From positions 11,814 through 75,813 of the forward strand of contig CAWACR010000010.1 of assembly GCA_963780675.1 (NCBI GenBank): a stretch of 64,000 bases of DNA, given 5' to 3'. Both the position numbers and the translations under genes were made by a program. Source of the DNA: an uncultured Actinomycetota bacterium (GTDB taxonomy: Bacteria; Actinomycetota; Actinomycetes; Actinomycetales; JAHECE01). Below are positions 26,341-37,500 of this stretch, piece after piece (position 1 is the stretch's first letter; every line of letters begins with the position of its first letter). A model generated the notes under the pieces. The model worked only from the letters and a program-made list of their open reading frames with translations, made no database searches and had not been told where the DNA came from.

Positions 26341-27259
26341 GGCTCCGTACCCCCAGGCGGCCGGCGCCGTCGGCACGACCACGGCGCGCTCGGCCGAGCC
26401 CGTGGACACACGCGAGCTCGAGGCCGGCCTCGACGCGCTGCAGACCCAGCGCCCCGCCCCCACCCGCGGCAGGCGCCGGGGCCGCGCGGTGCTGGGACCG
26501 CTCATCGCCGTCGCCGTCTTCCTGCTCGCGTGGCAGGTCTTCGTCTGGCTGGACCTCAAGCCCGCCTACGTCGTGCCGGGACCGGCCGACGTCGCCGCGG
26601 CGTTCGCCGCGCTCTGGCAGCGCGGCGACGCCCAGGTGGCCATCCTCACGAGCCTCGAGCGCGGCATCGTCGGCTTCGTCGTGGCCGTCCTGATCGGGAC
26701 GCCGCTCGGCTTCCTCGTCGCCAGCGTGCCCTGGGTGCGCACCGCGTTCGGCCCGATCATCACCGGCCTCCAGGTCCTCCCCTCGGTCGCCTGGGTGCCG
26801 GCGGCGATCATCTGGTTCGGGCTGTCAGAGGCCACCGTGTACTTCGTCATCCTCATGGGCGCCGTGCCGTCGGTCATCAACGGGCTCGTCGCCGGCGTCG
26901 ACCACGTCCCGCCGCTCTTCCGGGGCGTCGGGCGGGTGCTCGGCGCCGGGCCGGTCCAGCTGGTGCGCTGGGTGATCCTGCCGGCTGCGCTGCCTGCGTA
27001 CCTCGCGGGTCTGCGGCAGGGCTGGGCGTTCTCGTGGCGCTCGCTCATGGCCGCCGAGATCATCGCCGTCGGCGGGACGATCGGCTTCGGCCTCGGCTCC
27101 CTGCTCCAGCAGGGCCGCGAGCTGCAGGCGATGAGCACCGTCATCGCGGCGATCCTGCTCATCCTCGCCGTGGGTGTCGCTGTCGAGCTGGCCTTCTTCG
27201 CCCCGATCGAGCGCCGGCTCCTGCGCCTGCGCGGCCTTCGGCCCGACGCCGCCCGCTGA
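26330..27259 (+). CDS. ABC transporter permease (NitT/TauT family)
   Basis: 309-aa ORF overlapping the ATPase stop. It has multiple hydrophobic helices and an EAA-like loop region (GFLVASVPWVRTAFGPIITGLQVLPSVAWVPAAIIWFG). Confidence 0.85.
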   Translation: MPTEAPYPQAAGAVGTTTARSAEPVDTRELEAGLDALQTQRPAPTRGRRRGRAVLGPLIAVAVFLLAWQVFVWLDLKPAYVVPGPADVAAAFAALWQRGDAQVAILTSLERGIVGFVVAVLIGTPLGFLVASVPWVRTAFGPIITGLQVLPSVAWVPAAIIWFGLSEATVYFVILMGAVPSVINGLVAGVDHVPPLFRGVGRVLGAGPVQLVRWVILPAALPAYLAGLRQGWAFSWRSLMAAEIIAVGGTIGFGLGSLLQQGRELQAMSTVIAAILLILAVGVAVELAFFAPIERRLLRLRGLRPDAAR

Positions 27260-27275
27260 CCGGGACGATGGCTCC

Positions 27276-28505
27276 ATGACCCCGGCTCCCACGTTCCCGC
27301 TGACGCTCCGGGTCGCCGGACGGCGCGTCGTCGTCGTCGGCGGTGGCCACGTGGCGACCCGGCGCGCGCTGGCCCTCGTCGCGGCGGGGGCGGACGTCGT
27401 CGTCGTGGCGCCCGCTGCCGGGCCGGACGTGCAGGAGGCGTCCGCGGACGGGCGGCTGACGTGGCTCGTGCGCGGGTACGCGCCCGGGGACCTCGACGGC
27501 GCGTGGCTCGTCGTCACCGCGACCGGGAACAGGGCGGTGGACGACGCCGTCCTCGCGGACGCCGACGCCCGGCAGACCTGGTGCGTCAAGGGCGGCGACC
27601 CCGAGGCCGCATCCGCGTGGGTGCCGGCCGTCGCGCGGGTGGACGACGTGCTCGTGGCCGTCACGGCGGGGCGGGACCCGCGGCGGGCGGGGCGCCTGCG
27701 CGACGGGGTGGCGGCCGCGCTGGAGGCCGGTGACCTCCCCCTGCGGCGGCAGCGGAGGGATGGGGCGGGCGACGAGGGCGCGGTTGCGGGGCGCGGCGCC
27801 GTCGCCCTGGTCGGCGGTGGGCCGGGCGATCCGGGGCTGATCACGACGCGGGGGCGACGGCTCCTCGCGGAGGCGGACGTCGTCGTCGTCGACCGGCTCG
27901 CGCCCCGCGGCCTGCTCGCGGACCTGGACGAGGGCGTGCTGGTGCTCGACGTCGGCAAGACGCCCGAGCACCACCCCGTGCCGCAGGACGCGATCAACGC
28001 CCTGCTCGTGGAGCACGCGCTCGCGGGGCGGCGCGTGGTGCGGCTCAAGGGCGGGGACCCCTACGTGTTCGGGCGCGGGGGCGAGGAGCTCGAGGCGTGC
28101 GAGCGGGCCGGCGTGCCGGTCGAGGTGGTCCCCGGGGTGACCAGCGCGATCGCGGTGCCCGCGGCGGCCGGGATCCCGGTGACGCACCGTGGGCTCTCCC
28201 GCGGGTTCACGGTGCTGACGGCGCACGAGGAGATCGGAGCGGTGCCGCCCGACCCGGCCCACACGGTGGTGCTGCTCATGGGCGTGAGCCGGCTGGCGGC
28301 CACGTGCGCGGCGCTCGTGGCCGCGGGGCGCCCCGCCTCGACACCGGTGGCGGTGGTCGAGGACGGGTTCGGCCCGGGGCAGCGAGTCACGGTGGGGACG
28401 CTCGCGACGATCGCGGAGCGCGCCGAGGCGGTGGGGGTCCGCCCGCCCGCGGTCACGGTGATCGGCGACGTGGTGACGCTCTCCCCCGCGTGGACGGGCC
28501 GCTAG
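27276..28505 (+). CDS. cysG: siroheme synthase-like fusion: an N-terminal precorrin-2 dehydrogenase/ferrochelatase-type NAD domain plus uroporphyrinogen-III C-methyltransferase
   Basis: The N-terminus has RRVVVVGGGHVATRRALALVAAGADVVVVAP. The C-terminus has VALVGGGPGDPGLITTRGRRLLAEADVVVVDRL, VRLKGGDPYVFGRGGEE and VVPGVTSAIAVPAAAGIPVTHRG. Confidence 0.85.
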   Translation: MTPAPTFPLTLRVAGRRVVVVGGGHVATRRALALVAAGADVVVVAPAAGPDVQEASADGRLTWLVRGYAPGDLDGAWLVVTATGNRAVDDAVLADADARQTWCVKGGDPEAASAWVPAVARVDDVLVAVTAGRDPRRAGRLRDGVAAALEAGDLPLRRQRRDGAGDEGAVAGRGAVALVGGGPGDPGLITTRGRRLLAEADVVVVDRLAPRGLLADLDEGVLVLDVGKTPEHHPVPQDAINALLVEHALAGRRVVRLKGGDPYVFGRGGEELEACERAGVPVEVVPGVTSAIAVPAAAGIPVTHRGLSRGFTVLTAHEEIGAVPPDPAHTVVLLMGVSRLAATCAALVAAGRPASTPVAVVEDGFGPGQRVTVGTLATIAERAEAVGVRPPAVTVIGDVVTLSPAWTGR

Positions 28506-28518
28506 CGCGGGCCGCGGG

Positions 28519-29100
28519 TCAAGGCCGAGGCTTGCGCAGGCCCTTGCCGAACCAGCGGGCGGTGCGGCCGCCGGTCGCCTCGCGCGAGTTCACATGGCCC
28601 TTGACCTGCGCGACCGACGTCCTCCCGAGGAGGAGGTCCTCGACCACGTCGTCCGCGCCGGCGATCACCAGGCCGCCCGGGACCTCGTCGCCCGGCTCAC
28701 CGCCCTCGAACCGCTGCGCCTGGATCGTGCCGGAGAGCCCCGTCTCGATCCCGGAGTCCTGCGCGAGCCTGGCCGTCACGAGCACCACGCCCAGCCGGGT
28801 GAGCCGGGAGATCGCGGAGGCCAGCTCGCGCGCCTCCGCGGGGACGCCGTCGTCGAACAGCGCGGAGATGTCCCAGGGGTCGCTCGCGGGGACGTCGTCC
28901 GGAGGGTGCGGGGCACCGTCGTCGGCGGTGAGGGCGGAGAGGTCGTCGGGGACCTCGGGGTCGGGTGTGCCGACCGCCCGGACGACGACGGCGCCCCGGG
29001 AGGTGGGCACGACGTCGACGTCGATCCCGGCGAGCCCGAGCAGGCCGGCGAGGGCCGGCGCGGACGCGACGGGCGTGAGCACGAGGGCCAGGGTGATCAC
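28519..29100 (-). CDS. conserved hypothetical acidic protein, coupled to hisB
   Basis: 193-aa ORF with strong third-position GC. Its GTG start lies 2 nt after the hisB TAG. I recognise no family. Confidence 0.55.
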   Translation of the reverse strand: MITLALVLTPVASAPALAGLLGLAGIDVDVVPTSRGAVVVRAVGTPDPEVPDDLSALTADDGAPHPPDDVPASDPWDISALFDDGVPAEARELASAISRLTRLGVVLVTARLAQDSGIETGLSGTIQAQRFEGGEPGDEVPGGLVIAGADDVVEDLLLGRTSVAQVKGHVNSREATGGRTARWFGKGLRKPRP

Positions 29101-29102
29101 CG

Positions 29103-29705
29103 CTACAGGGCGCCCTTCGTGGAGGGGATGCCCGTCACGCGGGGGTCCGGCTCGACGGCCGCGCGCAGGGCGCGGGCCAGCGCCTTGAACTGTGCCTCCA
29201 CGATGTGGTGCGGGTCCCGGCCGGCGAGCACGCGCACGTGCAGGCAGATGCCCGCGTGGTGCGCGATGGACTCCAGCACGTGGCGCGTCAGCGACCCCGT
29301 GAAGTGCCCACCGATGAGGTGGTACTCCTGGCCTTCGGGCTCGCCGGAGTGCACGAGATAGGGGCGTCCGGAGATGTCGACGACGGCGTGGGCCAGTGCC
29401 TCGTCGAGCGGCACGAAGGCGTCACCGAAACGTGCGATGCCGCGCTTGTCCCCCAGGGCCTGGCGCAGCGCCTCGCCGATGCAGATGGCCACGTCCTCCA
29501 CGGTGTGGTGGACGTCGATGTGGGTGTCCCCCGTGGCCGTGACCGTGAGGTCGATGAGGGAGTGCTTGCCCAGCGCGGTCAGCATGTGGTCGTAGAAGGG
29601 GACCGACGTCGAGATCCGGGTCACGCCCGTGCCGTCGAGGTCCAGCTCGACCTCCACGGACGACTCCGACGTCGTGCGCGTGATGCGCGCCGTGCGTCCG
29701 CTCAC
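29103..29705 (-). CDS. hisB: imidazoleglycerol-phosphate dehydratase
   Basis: Contains [69 protein letters not shown] and [20 protein letters not shown]. The GTG overlaps the hisC stop (GTGA). Confidence 0.95.
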   Translation of the reverse strand: MSGRTARITRTTSESSVEVELDLDGTGVTRISTSVPFYDHMLTALGKHSLIDLTVTATGDTHIDVHHTVEDVAICIGEALRQALGDKRGIARFGDAFVPLDEALAHAVVDISGRPYLVHSGEPEGQEYHLIGGHFTGSLTRHVLESIAHHAGICLHVRVLAGRDPHHIVEAQFKALARALRAAVEPDPRVTGIPSTKGAL

Positions 29706-30829
29706 CAGCCCAGCACCTCCTCCAGGGCCGCCCGGAAGGCGGCCATCTCGCTGCGTGTGCCGATCGACACGCGCAGCCACCCGTCGGGCCCCGTCGCTCG
29801 GATCAGCACGCCCCGGTCCAGCAGACCCTGCCAGACGCTCGTCCGATCGTCGAACACGCCGAACAGCGCGAAGTTGGCGTCCGAGTCCGGCACCTGCACG
29901 CCATGGTCTCGCAGCCAGGCGACCGTGGCGTCGCGTTCCGCGCGCAGCGCGTCGACCTGGGCGAGGAGGGACGGCGCGTGCCGCAGGGCGGCGCGAGCGA
30001 CCGCCTGGGTGACCGCGGACAGGTGGTACGGCAGGCGGACGACGCGCAGGGCGTCGACCAGCGCGGGCGCCGCCGCCAGGTAGCCCACCCGGGCGCCGGC
30101 GAGCGCGAACGCCTTCGACATGGTGCGGGAGACCGCGAGGTGCGGGTGGTCCGCGAGCAGGTCCAGGGCGCTCCGGGTGCCCTCGCGGCGGAACTCCGCA
30201 TAGGCCTCGTCCACCACCACCACGGCGTCCGTGCCGTCGGGGCCGACTCCGCGGGCGCCGTCGAGCACGGCTTCCACCGTGCTCAGCGGCAGGGCCGTGC
30301 CCGTCGGGTTGTTGGGGCTGGCGAGAAAGACGACGGACGGGCGGTGCCGCGCGATCGTGGCGCGGGCGTGGGCGGGGTCGAGGGTGAAGTCCGCCTCGCG
30401 GCGACCCGTGACCCAGCCGGTGAAGGTGTCCCGCGCATACTCGGGGTACATCGAGTAGGTGGGCGCGAACGACAGGGCCGTGCGCCCCGGCCCGCCGAAC
30501 GCCTGGAGGACGTGCAGCATGACCTCGTTGGAGCCGTTCGCGGCCCACAGGTTGGCGCTCGTGAGGCCGACGGCGCCCGACTCCGCGGCGAGATACGCCG
30601 CAAGCTCCTCGCGCAGGGCCGGGAAGTCGCGATCCGGGTAGCGGTTGAGGCCGCCGGCGGCCTGCGCGACGGCGGCCGCGATGTCCGCGACGACGTCCGG
30701 GCCAGGCGCGTACGGGTTCTCGTTGACGTTGAGCAGGACGGGCACGTCGAGCTGGGGCGCGCCGTAGGGGTGCACGCCGCGCAGGTCGGGACGCAGCGGC
30801 AACGCGGACGACGCGGGCTCTTCTCTCAC
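29702..30829 (-). CDS. hisC: histidinol-phosphate aminotransferase
   Basis: Contains [60 protein letters not shown] and RVSIGT. The GTG start at 30829 is inferred. Confidence 0.9.
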   Translation of the reverse strand: MREEPASSALPLRPDLRGVHPYGAPQLDVPVLLNVNENPYAPGPDVVADIAAAVAQAAGGLNRYPDRDFPALREELAAYLAAESGAVGLTSANLWAANGSNEVMLHVLQAFGGPGRTALSFAPTYSMYPEYARDTFTGWVTGRREADFTLDPAHARATIARHRPSVVFLASPNNPTGTALPLSTVEAVLDGARGVGPDGTDAVVVVDEAYAEFRREGTRSALDLLADHPHLAVSRTMSKAFALAGARVGYLAAAPALVDALRVVRLPYHLSAVTQAVARAALRHAPSLLAQVDALRAERDATVAWLRDHGVQVPDSDANFALFGVFDDRTSVWQGLLDRGVLIRATGPDGWLRVSIGTRSEMAAFRAALEEVLGW

Positions 30830-30937
30830 GCGCCGATGGTAGTGACCGACGCCGACGGTGCGCGTACGTGGCGGGCCGAGCGCGCGGCTCTGTCCACAGG
30901 CTCGGAACCAGGGGTCGCCCTCGCCGCGGCAACGGAG

Positions 30938-30958
30938 TAGTCTCGAACACATGTTCGC
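30938..30958 (+). promoter_or_regulatory. candidate leaderless promoter (-10 TAGTCT, 30938-30943) overlapped by a LexA/SOS box TCGAAC-ACAT-GTTCGC (30943-30958) that contains the recQ-like ATG
   Basis: The box matches the actinobacterial SOS-box consensus TCGAAC-N4-GTTCGA at 11 of 12 positions. The -10 lies 7 nt upstream of the ATG at 30951. Confidence 0.6.
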
Positions 30959-33128
30959 CCCCACGGTTCCTGCGCCCGGTCCCGACTCCACGCCGAGGGG
31001 AGGCGGGCCCGACGGCGCACAGGACCTCCGGGCGGAGGCCGAGGCCGCGCTGCGGGCTCTGGTCGGACGCGAGGACGCGGCCCTGCGCGAGGACCAGTGG
31101 ACGGCGGTCGAGGCGCTGGTGGTGGGGCGACGTCGGGCGCTCGTGGTCCAACGGACGGGCTGGGGCAAGTCGGCGGTCTACTTCGTCGCGACATCGCTGC
31201 TGCGTGCGCGGGGCGCGGGCCCGACCGTCATCGTCTCGCCCCTCCTGGCGCTGATGCGCGACCAGATCGCGGCGGCAGCGCGAGCCGGGATCACAGCGGT
31301 GACCATCAACTCGGCCAACGTCACGGAGTGGGCCGAGGTCCACGCCGCGATCGCGGCGGGCGAGGTCGACGTGCTGCTGTGCTCGCCGGAGCGGCTGAAC
31401 AACCCGGGTTTCAGGGACGAGGTCCTGCCCCGGCTCGCCCGGGACGCCGGGCTGGTCGTGGTGGACGAGGCGCACTGCATCTCCGACTGGGGTCACGACT
31501 TCCGGCCGGACTACCGGCGGATCCGGGACCTGCTGGCGGGTCTGCCGCCGGGGATCGGCGTGCTGGCGACCACGGCGACGGCGAACGCCAGGGTGACCAC
31601 CGACGTCGCCGAGCAGCTCGCGCGGGACGGCGAGGAGGTGCTCGTCCTGCGCGGCGGGCTGGACCGGCCGTCGCTCCACCTCGGCGTCGTGCGGCTCCCG
31701 GACCAGGCCGGCCGGCTCGCCTGGCTCACCGAGAACCTGGCGGGCCTCGCGGGGGGCGGCTCGGGGATCGTCTACTGCCTCACGGTCGCGGCGGCGGAGG
31801 AGGTCGCCGAACAGCTCCGGACGGCCGGCCACGACGCGCGCGCCTATACGGGCCGCACCGAGCCCGCGGAACGCGAGGTGCTGGAGGCCGACCTCAAGGC
31901 GAACCGGCTCACCGCCCTTGTCGCGACCTCGGCCCTCGGGATGGGCTTCGACAAGCCCGACCTCGGCTTTGTCGTGCACCTCGGGGCGCCGCCGTCGCCC
32001 ATCGCCTACTACCAGCAGGTCGGTCGCGCCGGGCGCGCGGTGGAGCGCGCCGTCGTCGTCCTGCTCCCGGGCGAGGAGGACCGCGCGATCTGGGACTACT
32101 TCGGCAGCCTCGCCTTCCCGGGCGAGCGCGACGTGCGCGCCGTGCTGGCGGCGCTCGCCGACGGCGGGACCACGTCGACGGCGGCGCTCGAGACGGTGGT
32201 GGACCTCCGCCGGGCGCGCCTGGAGATGATGCTCAAGGTTCTCGACGTCGACGGCGCCGTGCGCCGCGTGCGCGGGGGGTGGGAGGCCACCGGTGCCCCG
32301 TGGGTCTACGACGCCGACCGGTACGCGCGCGTCGAGGAAGCCCGCCGCGCCGAGCAGCGCGCCATGCTGGCGTACGAGGCGACGAGCGGGTGCCGCATGG
32401 CCTTCCTGCGCGCGGACCTCGACGACCCGCTGCTCGAACCGGGCTGGCGGTGCGGGCGCTGCGACACGTGCGGCGGACTGGACCTGGCCAGGGCGCCGCA
32501 GGGCGCCAGCGTGGCCGCCGCGCGCACGGCGCTGGACCGCCCCGGCGTGGAGGTCTCGCCGCGGGTGCAGTGGCCCACCGGGATGACGCGGCTGGGCGTC
32601 GACCTGACCGGGCGGATCGCCGAGGCCGAGAGGATCGCGGCCGGGCGCGCCGTGGCGCGCCTCGACGCCCTCGGGTGGGGCGCGACCCTCCGCGAGCTCC
32701 TCGCACCGGGGGTGCCGGACGGTCCGCTGCCGGAGCCGCTGCGCCGACCGGTGCTCGAGGTGCTGGACGACTGGGCGCCGACGGTGGACGGCGTGGTGCT
32801 GATCGGCTCGGCCACCCGGCCCGTGCTCGTGGAGCACCTGGCGGGCGGCGCCGCGCGGCGCCTCGGTGTCCGCGTGGTCGGGTCGGTGACGCCGGATCCG
32901 ACGATGCCCCCGGGGCGCCACGACGTGAACTCCGCCCAGCGCCTGGCCGGGGTGCTGCGCCGCCTCCGGCTGGACCTCGGCGAGTCCGCGCGCGCCGGCC
33001 TGCCCGGACGCGCGGTGCTCCTCGTGGACGACTACGCCGACTCCGGCTGGACGCTCACGGTGGCCGCCAGGATGCTGCGGCAGGCCGGGGCGTCGCGGGT
33101 GGTGCCGTTCGTGCTGGCGCAACGGTGA
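30951..33128 (+). CDS. recQ: RecQ-family ATP-dependent DNA helicase with a C-terminal phosphoribosyltransferase (ComF-like) domain
   Basis: Contains [14 protein letters not shown] (Walker A), [20 protein letters not shown] (DEAH), [34 protein letters not shown], Zn-finger Cys residues (GCRMAF...CGRCDTC) and the PRT motif [22 protein letters not shown] at the C-terminus. Confidence 0.85.
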   Translation: MFAPTVPAPGPDSTPRGGGPDGAQDLRAEAEAALRALVGREDAALREDQWTAVEALVVGRRRALVVQRTGWGKSAVYFVATSLLRARGAGPTVIVSPLLALMRDQIAAAARAGITAVTINSANVTEWAEVHAAIAAGEVDVLLCSPERLNNPGFRDEVLPRLARDAGLVVVDEAHCISDWGHDFRPDYRRIRDLLAGLPPGIGVLATTATANARVTTDVAEQLARDGEEVLVLRGGLDRPSLHLGVVRLPDQAGRLAWLTENLAGLAGGGSGIVYCLTVAAAEEVAEQLRTAGHDARAYTGRTEPAEREVLEADLKANRLTALVATSALGMGFDKPDLGFVVHLGAPPSPIAYYQQVGRAGRAVERAVVVLLPGEEDRAIWDYFGSLAFPGERDVRAVLAALADGGTTSTAALETVVDLRRARLEMMLKVLDVDGAVRRVRGGWEATGAPWVYDADRYARVEEARRAEQRAMLAYEATSGCRMAFLRADLDDPLLEPGWRCGRCDTCGGLDLARAPQGASVAAARTALDRPGVEVSPRVQWPTGMTRLGVDLTGRIAEAERIAAGRAVARLDALGWGATLRELLAPGVPDGPLPEPLRRPVLEVLDDWAPTVDGVVLIGSATRPVLVEHLAGGAARRLGVRVVGSVTPDPTMPPGRHDVNSAQRLAGVLRRLRLDLGESARAGLPGRAVLLVDDYADSGWTLTVAARMLRQAGASRVVPFVLAQR

Positions 33129-33146
33129 GCCGGGCGCCGACGGAGA

Positions 33147-34472
33147 TCAGGCGAAGCGCGCCTGGGCGGCCTCGCCGTGCGCGGGCAGGTCCTCGGCCTC
33201 GGCCAGTGCGACGAGGGGCGCGACCACGTCGGCCAGGGCGTCGGCCGTGTACTCGATCACCTGGACCGACTTGACGAAGCTCATGACGTTCAGGCCGCTG
33301 GCGAAGTGCGAGCAGCCTCCGGTGGGCAGCACGTGGTTGGACCCGGCGATGTAGTCGCCGAGGGACACGGGCGAGTACGGCCCGACGAAGATCGCCCCGG
33401 CGTTACGGATGCGTGCCGCGACGGCGGGCGCGTCCGCGGTCTGGATCTCCAGGTGCTCAGCGGCATAGGCGTCCACCACGGCGACACCCTGATCGAGGTC
33501 GGCCACGAGAACGATCCCGGACTGCGGGCCGGTGAGCGCGGTGGCGACGCGCTCGGCGTGCTTGGTGAGGGGGACACGGACCGCGAGCTCGGCGTCGACG
33601 GCGTCGGCGAGCGCGATCGAATCCGTGACGAGCACGGACGCGGCGAGGGGGTCGTGCTCGGCCTGGCTGATGAGATCGGTCGCCACGTGCACGGGGTCCG
33701 CCGTCCCGTCGGCGAGGATCGCGATCTCGGTGGGGCCCGCTTCGGCGTCGATGCCGACCACGCCACGCACCTGGCGCTTCGCGGCGGCCACCCACACGTT
33801 GCCCGGTCCCGTGATGACGTCGACCGGCTCGCACAGGACGTCGCCGTCGACGGGCTCGGACCCGGCGGCCCCGTAGGCGAACATCGCGATCGCCTGGGCC
33901 CCGCCGACGGCGTAGACCTCGTCGACGCCGAGCAGCGCGCAGGCGGCGAGGATGGTGGGATCGGGAAGCCCGCCCCGGCTCTTCTGCGGAGGGCTCGCCA
34001 CGGCGAGCGAGTCCACTCCGGCGACCTGGGCCGCGACGACGTTCATGACCACGCTCGAGGCATACGCCGCCAGACCGCCGGGCACGTACAGGCCGACGCG
34101 CTGCACGGGCACCCACCGCTGGCGGACCGTGCCGCCGGGCACGATCTGGGTGCTCACCTCGACCGGGAGCTGGGCCCGGTGTCCCCGACGTGCACGGTCG
34201 GCGGACTCGGTGAGCGCGAGGCGCACGGCGGGGTCGAGCACCGCGAGGGCCTCGGCCAGGGCGCCGGCGGGAACCCGGATCGCGGCAGGCCGGACTCCGT
34301 CGAAGCGCTCGCCCAGGTCGCGCAGGGCCGCGGCGCCGCGCGCCCGGACGTCGTCGATCAGCGGCACGACCTGGTGCACGGCCGCCTCGACGTCGAGCTC
34401 GGCGCGCGGCATCGCGCCGGTGAGGGCGCGGGCGGACAGGGAACGGCCACGAAGGTCCAGGCGAGAGAGCAC
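33147..34472 (-). CDS. hisD: histidinol dehydrogenase
   Basis: Intact 441-aa ORF. Contains [67 protein letters not shown] and [15 protein letters not shown]. Confidence 0.95.
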   Translation of the reverse strand: MLSRLDLRGRSLSARALTGAMPRAELDVEAAVHQVVPLIDDVRARGAAALRDLGERFDGVRPAAIRVPAGALAEALAVLDPAVRLALTESADRARRGHRAQLPVEVSTQIVPGGTVRQRWVPVQRVGLYVPGGLAAYASSVVMNVVAAQVAGVDSLAVASPPQKSRGGLPDPTILAACALLGVDEVYAVGGAQAIAMFAYGAAGSEPVDGDVLCEPVDVITGPGNVWVAAAKRQVRGVVGIDAEAGPTEIAILADGTADPVHVATDLISQAEHDPLAASVLVTDSIALADAVDAELAVRVPLTKHAERVATALTGPQSGIVLVADLDQGVAVVDAYAAEHLEIQTADAPAVAARIRNAGAIFVGPYSPVSLGDYIAGSNHVLPTGGCSHFASGLNVMSFVKSVQVIEYTADALADVVAPLVALAEAEDLPAHGEAAQARFA

Positions 34473-34478
34473 GGGTCA

Positions 34479-34484
34479 ATTCTA
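34479..34484 (-). promoter_or_regulatory. candidate -10 hexamer TAGAAT for a leaderless hisD transcript
   Basis: A near-consensus -10 lies 6 nt upstream of the hisD GTG (34472). No SD is present. It sits in the 70-bp gap after dnaE. Confidence 0.45.
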
Positions 34485-34543
34485 GGCGCCGGCGCGCGGC
34501 CTCGGCCGGGCCCCGCCTGGGCCCGCCCCACCCGTCGAGCCGC

Positions 34544-37500
34544 TCAGGACAGGAGGCAGCCCGAGCCGAGGAGGGCCTTGAGGTCGCCGAACAGCGCCGG
34601 GGAGGGCGTCACCCGGAAGCCGTCCTCCAGGCGGAGCACCTTGACGCGATCGGGGCTCGTGAGGCGCAGGCGCACCTCGGTCATCCCCGGGTGGTTCGTG
34701 AGGATGCTCTTCAGCCCCTCCACCACCGGTGCGGTGCACCGGTTCGTGGCGAGGGTGAGGGTGACGGGTGCGTCCTGGGTCGAGCTCAGGTCGGGCAGCG
34801 ACATCTCCGTGACCTGGAGCTGGATGCCGTCGTCACGCTTGCGGATCCGCCCACGGACGACGACGACGACGTCCTGGGCGAGCATCGTCGAGTACGCGAG
34901 GTAGGTCTCGCCGAAGAAGAGCACGTCCATCGAGCCGTCGAGGTCCTCGATGGTCGCGATCGCCCACGCGTTGCCCTGCTTCGACATCTTCCGCTGGAGC
35001 GAGGTCACCAACCCCGCGATCGCCACGGTCGAGCCGTCCGGCCGGGCGTCGTCGCCGAGCAGCGCCGCGATCGAGCAGTCCGCCGCCCGGCCGAGGACCT
35101 GCTCGAGGCCCTGGAGAGGGTGGTCGGAGACGTACAGCCCGAGCATCTGTCGCTCGAACGCCAGCAGCTCGCTCTTGTCCCACTCGGGGAGGTCCGGGAT
35201 CTCGAGGGCGAAGGAGGGCGCGGCGTCGGCCATGAGATCGGCCCCCAGGGAGGCGAACAGGTCGAACTGACCGAGCGCCTCGTTGCGCTTGAGGTCGACG
35301 ACCGAGTCCACCGCCTGCTCGTGGACCAGGACCAGCGCACGCCGGCTCCGGCCCAGGGTGTCGAACGCCCCCGCCTTGACCAACGACTCGATGGTCCGCT
35401 TGTTGCAGACGACCGCCGGGACCTTGTCGAGGAAGTCGGTGAAGGAGGTGAACGCACCCTTCTGCGTGCGCGCCGCGATGATCGCGTCCACGACGTTGGC
35501 GCCGACGTTCCGGATGGCCGTGAGCCCGAAGCGGATGTCCTCCCCCACGGCCGTGAACGTCCCTGCGGAGGCGTTGACGTCCGGCGGCAGCACGGTGATG
35601 CCCATGCGCCGGCACTCGGCCAGGTAGAGCGCGGACTTGTCCTTGTCGTCCCGCACCGAGGTGAGCAGGGCGGCCATGTACTCGGTGGGGTAGTTCGCCT
35701 TGAGGTAGGCCGTCCAGTAGGAGACGACGCCGTAGGCCGCCGAGTGCGCCTTGTTGAAGGCGTACCCGGCGAACGGGACCAGGGTGTCCCACACGGCCTT
35801 GATCGCGGCGTCGGAGTAGCCGCGCTCGCGCATGCCGGCCTCGAACGGCACGAACTCCTTGTCGAGGATCTCCTTCTTCTTCTTGCCCATCGCCCGGCGG
35901 AGCAGGTCCGCCTGGCCCAGGGAGTACCCCGCCAGCTTCTGCGCCGCGCGCTGGACCTGCTCCTGGTAGACGATCAGGCCGTGGGTGAGGCCCACGATCT
36001 CCTCGAGCGGCTCGGCCAGCTCGGGGTGGATCGGCTCCACCTTCTGCAGCCCGTTCTTGCGCAGCGCGTAGTTGGTGTGGGAGTTCATCCCCATCGGGCC
36101 GGGGCGGTAGAGCGCGATGACGGCGGAGATGTCCTCGAAGGTGTCCGGACGCATCTGGCGCAGGAGCGCCCGCATGGGCCCGCCGTCGAGCTGGAACACC
36201 CCCAGGGTGTCGCCGCGCCCGAGGAGCTCGTAGGTGGGCGCGTCGTCCAGCGGGAGGGTCTCGACGGCGATCGCCGGCTTGCCGTTGGCCACGATGTTGA
36301 CGAGGGCGTCGTCGAGGATCGTGAGGTTGCGCAGGCCGAGGAAGTCCATCTTGATGAGCCCGAGCGACTCGCACGTGGGCTGGTCGAACTGGGTGATGAT
36401 CGCGCCGTCCTGGGGGCGCTTCATGATCGGGATGATGTCGATCAGCGGCTCGCTCGACATGATGACTCCGGCCGCGTGCACGCCCCACTGCCGCTTGAGG
36501 TTCTCCAGCCCCCGGGCCGTCTCGAGGACCCGCTGCGCGTCCGGGTCGTCCGCGACCACCTGCCGGAACTCCTCGGCCTCGGCATAGCGGTCGTTCTTCT
36601 CGTCGTACATCCCCGTGAGCGAGATGTCCTTGCCCATGACGGCGGGCGGCATCGCCTTGGTGAGCTTCTCCCCCATGGCGAAGGGGAAACCCAGCACCCG
36701 CGAGGCGTCCTTGAGCGCCTGCTTCGCCTTGATCGTCCCGTAGGTCACGATCTGGGCCACCCGGTCGTCGCCGTACTTCTCCGTGACGTAACGGATGACC
36801 TCGCCGCGCCGGCGCTCGTCGAAGTCGACGTCGACGTCGGGCCACGACACGCGCTCGGGGTTGAGGAACCGCTCGAAGATCAGCCCGTGCTCGAGGGGGT
36901 CGAGCTCGGTGATGCCCATCGCGTAGGAGGCCATGGAGCCCGCGGCCGAGCCGCGGCCCGGCCCCACCCGGATGCCCTGGCTCTTCGCCCAGTTGATGAA
37001 GTCCGCGACGACGAGGAAGTACCCGGCGAAGCCGAGGGACGTGATGACCCCGGTCTCGTACACGGCCTGCTCGCGCACGGCGTCCGGCACCGCGCCCGCG
37101 TAGCGCCGCTGCAGCCCGGCGTCGACCTCCTTGACGAACCAGGAGTTCTCGTCCTCGCCCGGCGGCACCGGGAAGCGCGGCATGTAGTTCACGTCCGTGG
37201 TGAACTCCACGTCGCACTGCCCCGCGACCACGAGGGTGTTGTCGCAGGCGCCCGGGAACTCGGCGAAGGTGCGCCGCATGTCCTCGGAGGAGCGCAGGTA
37301 GTACGAGTTGCCGTCGAAGTGGAAACGGTCCGGGTCCGCCAGCGTCGAGCCCGACTGCACGGCCAGCAGCACCTCGTGCGCGTGGGAGTCGCCCTCGCGC
37401 GTGTAGTGCGAGTCGTTGGTGGCCAGGAACGGGGCGTCGATCGCCTTCGCGATCCGCACGAGGTCCCGTGTCACCCGCCGCTCGATCTCGATGCCGTGGT

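Noticed and set aside
19486-28505. The sulfur block as a horizontally acquired mobile island.
   Set aside because: There is no integrase, transposase, tRNA target or flanking direct repeats. Codon style looks like the rest of the window. I treat it as a rearrangement of core genes.
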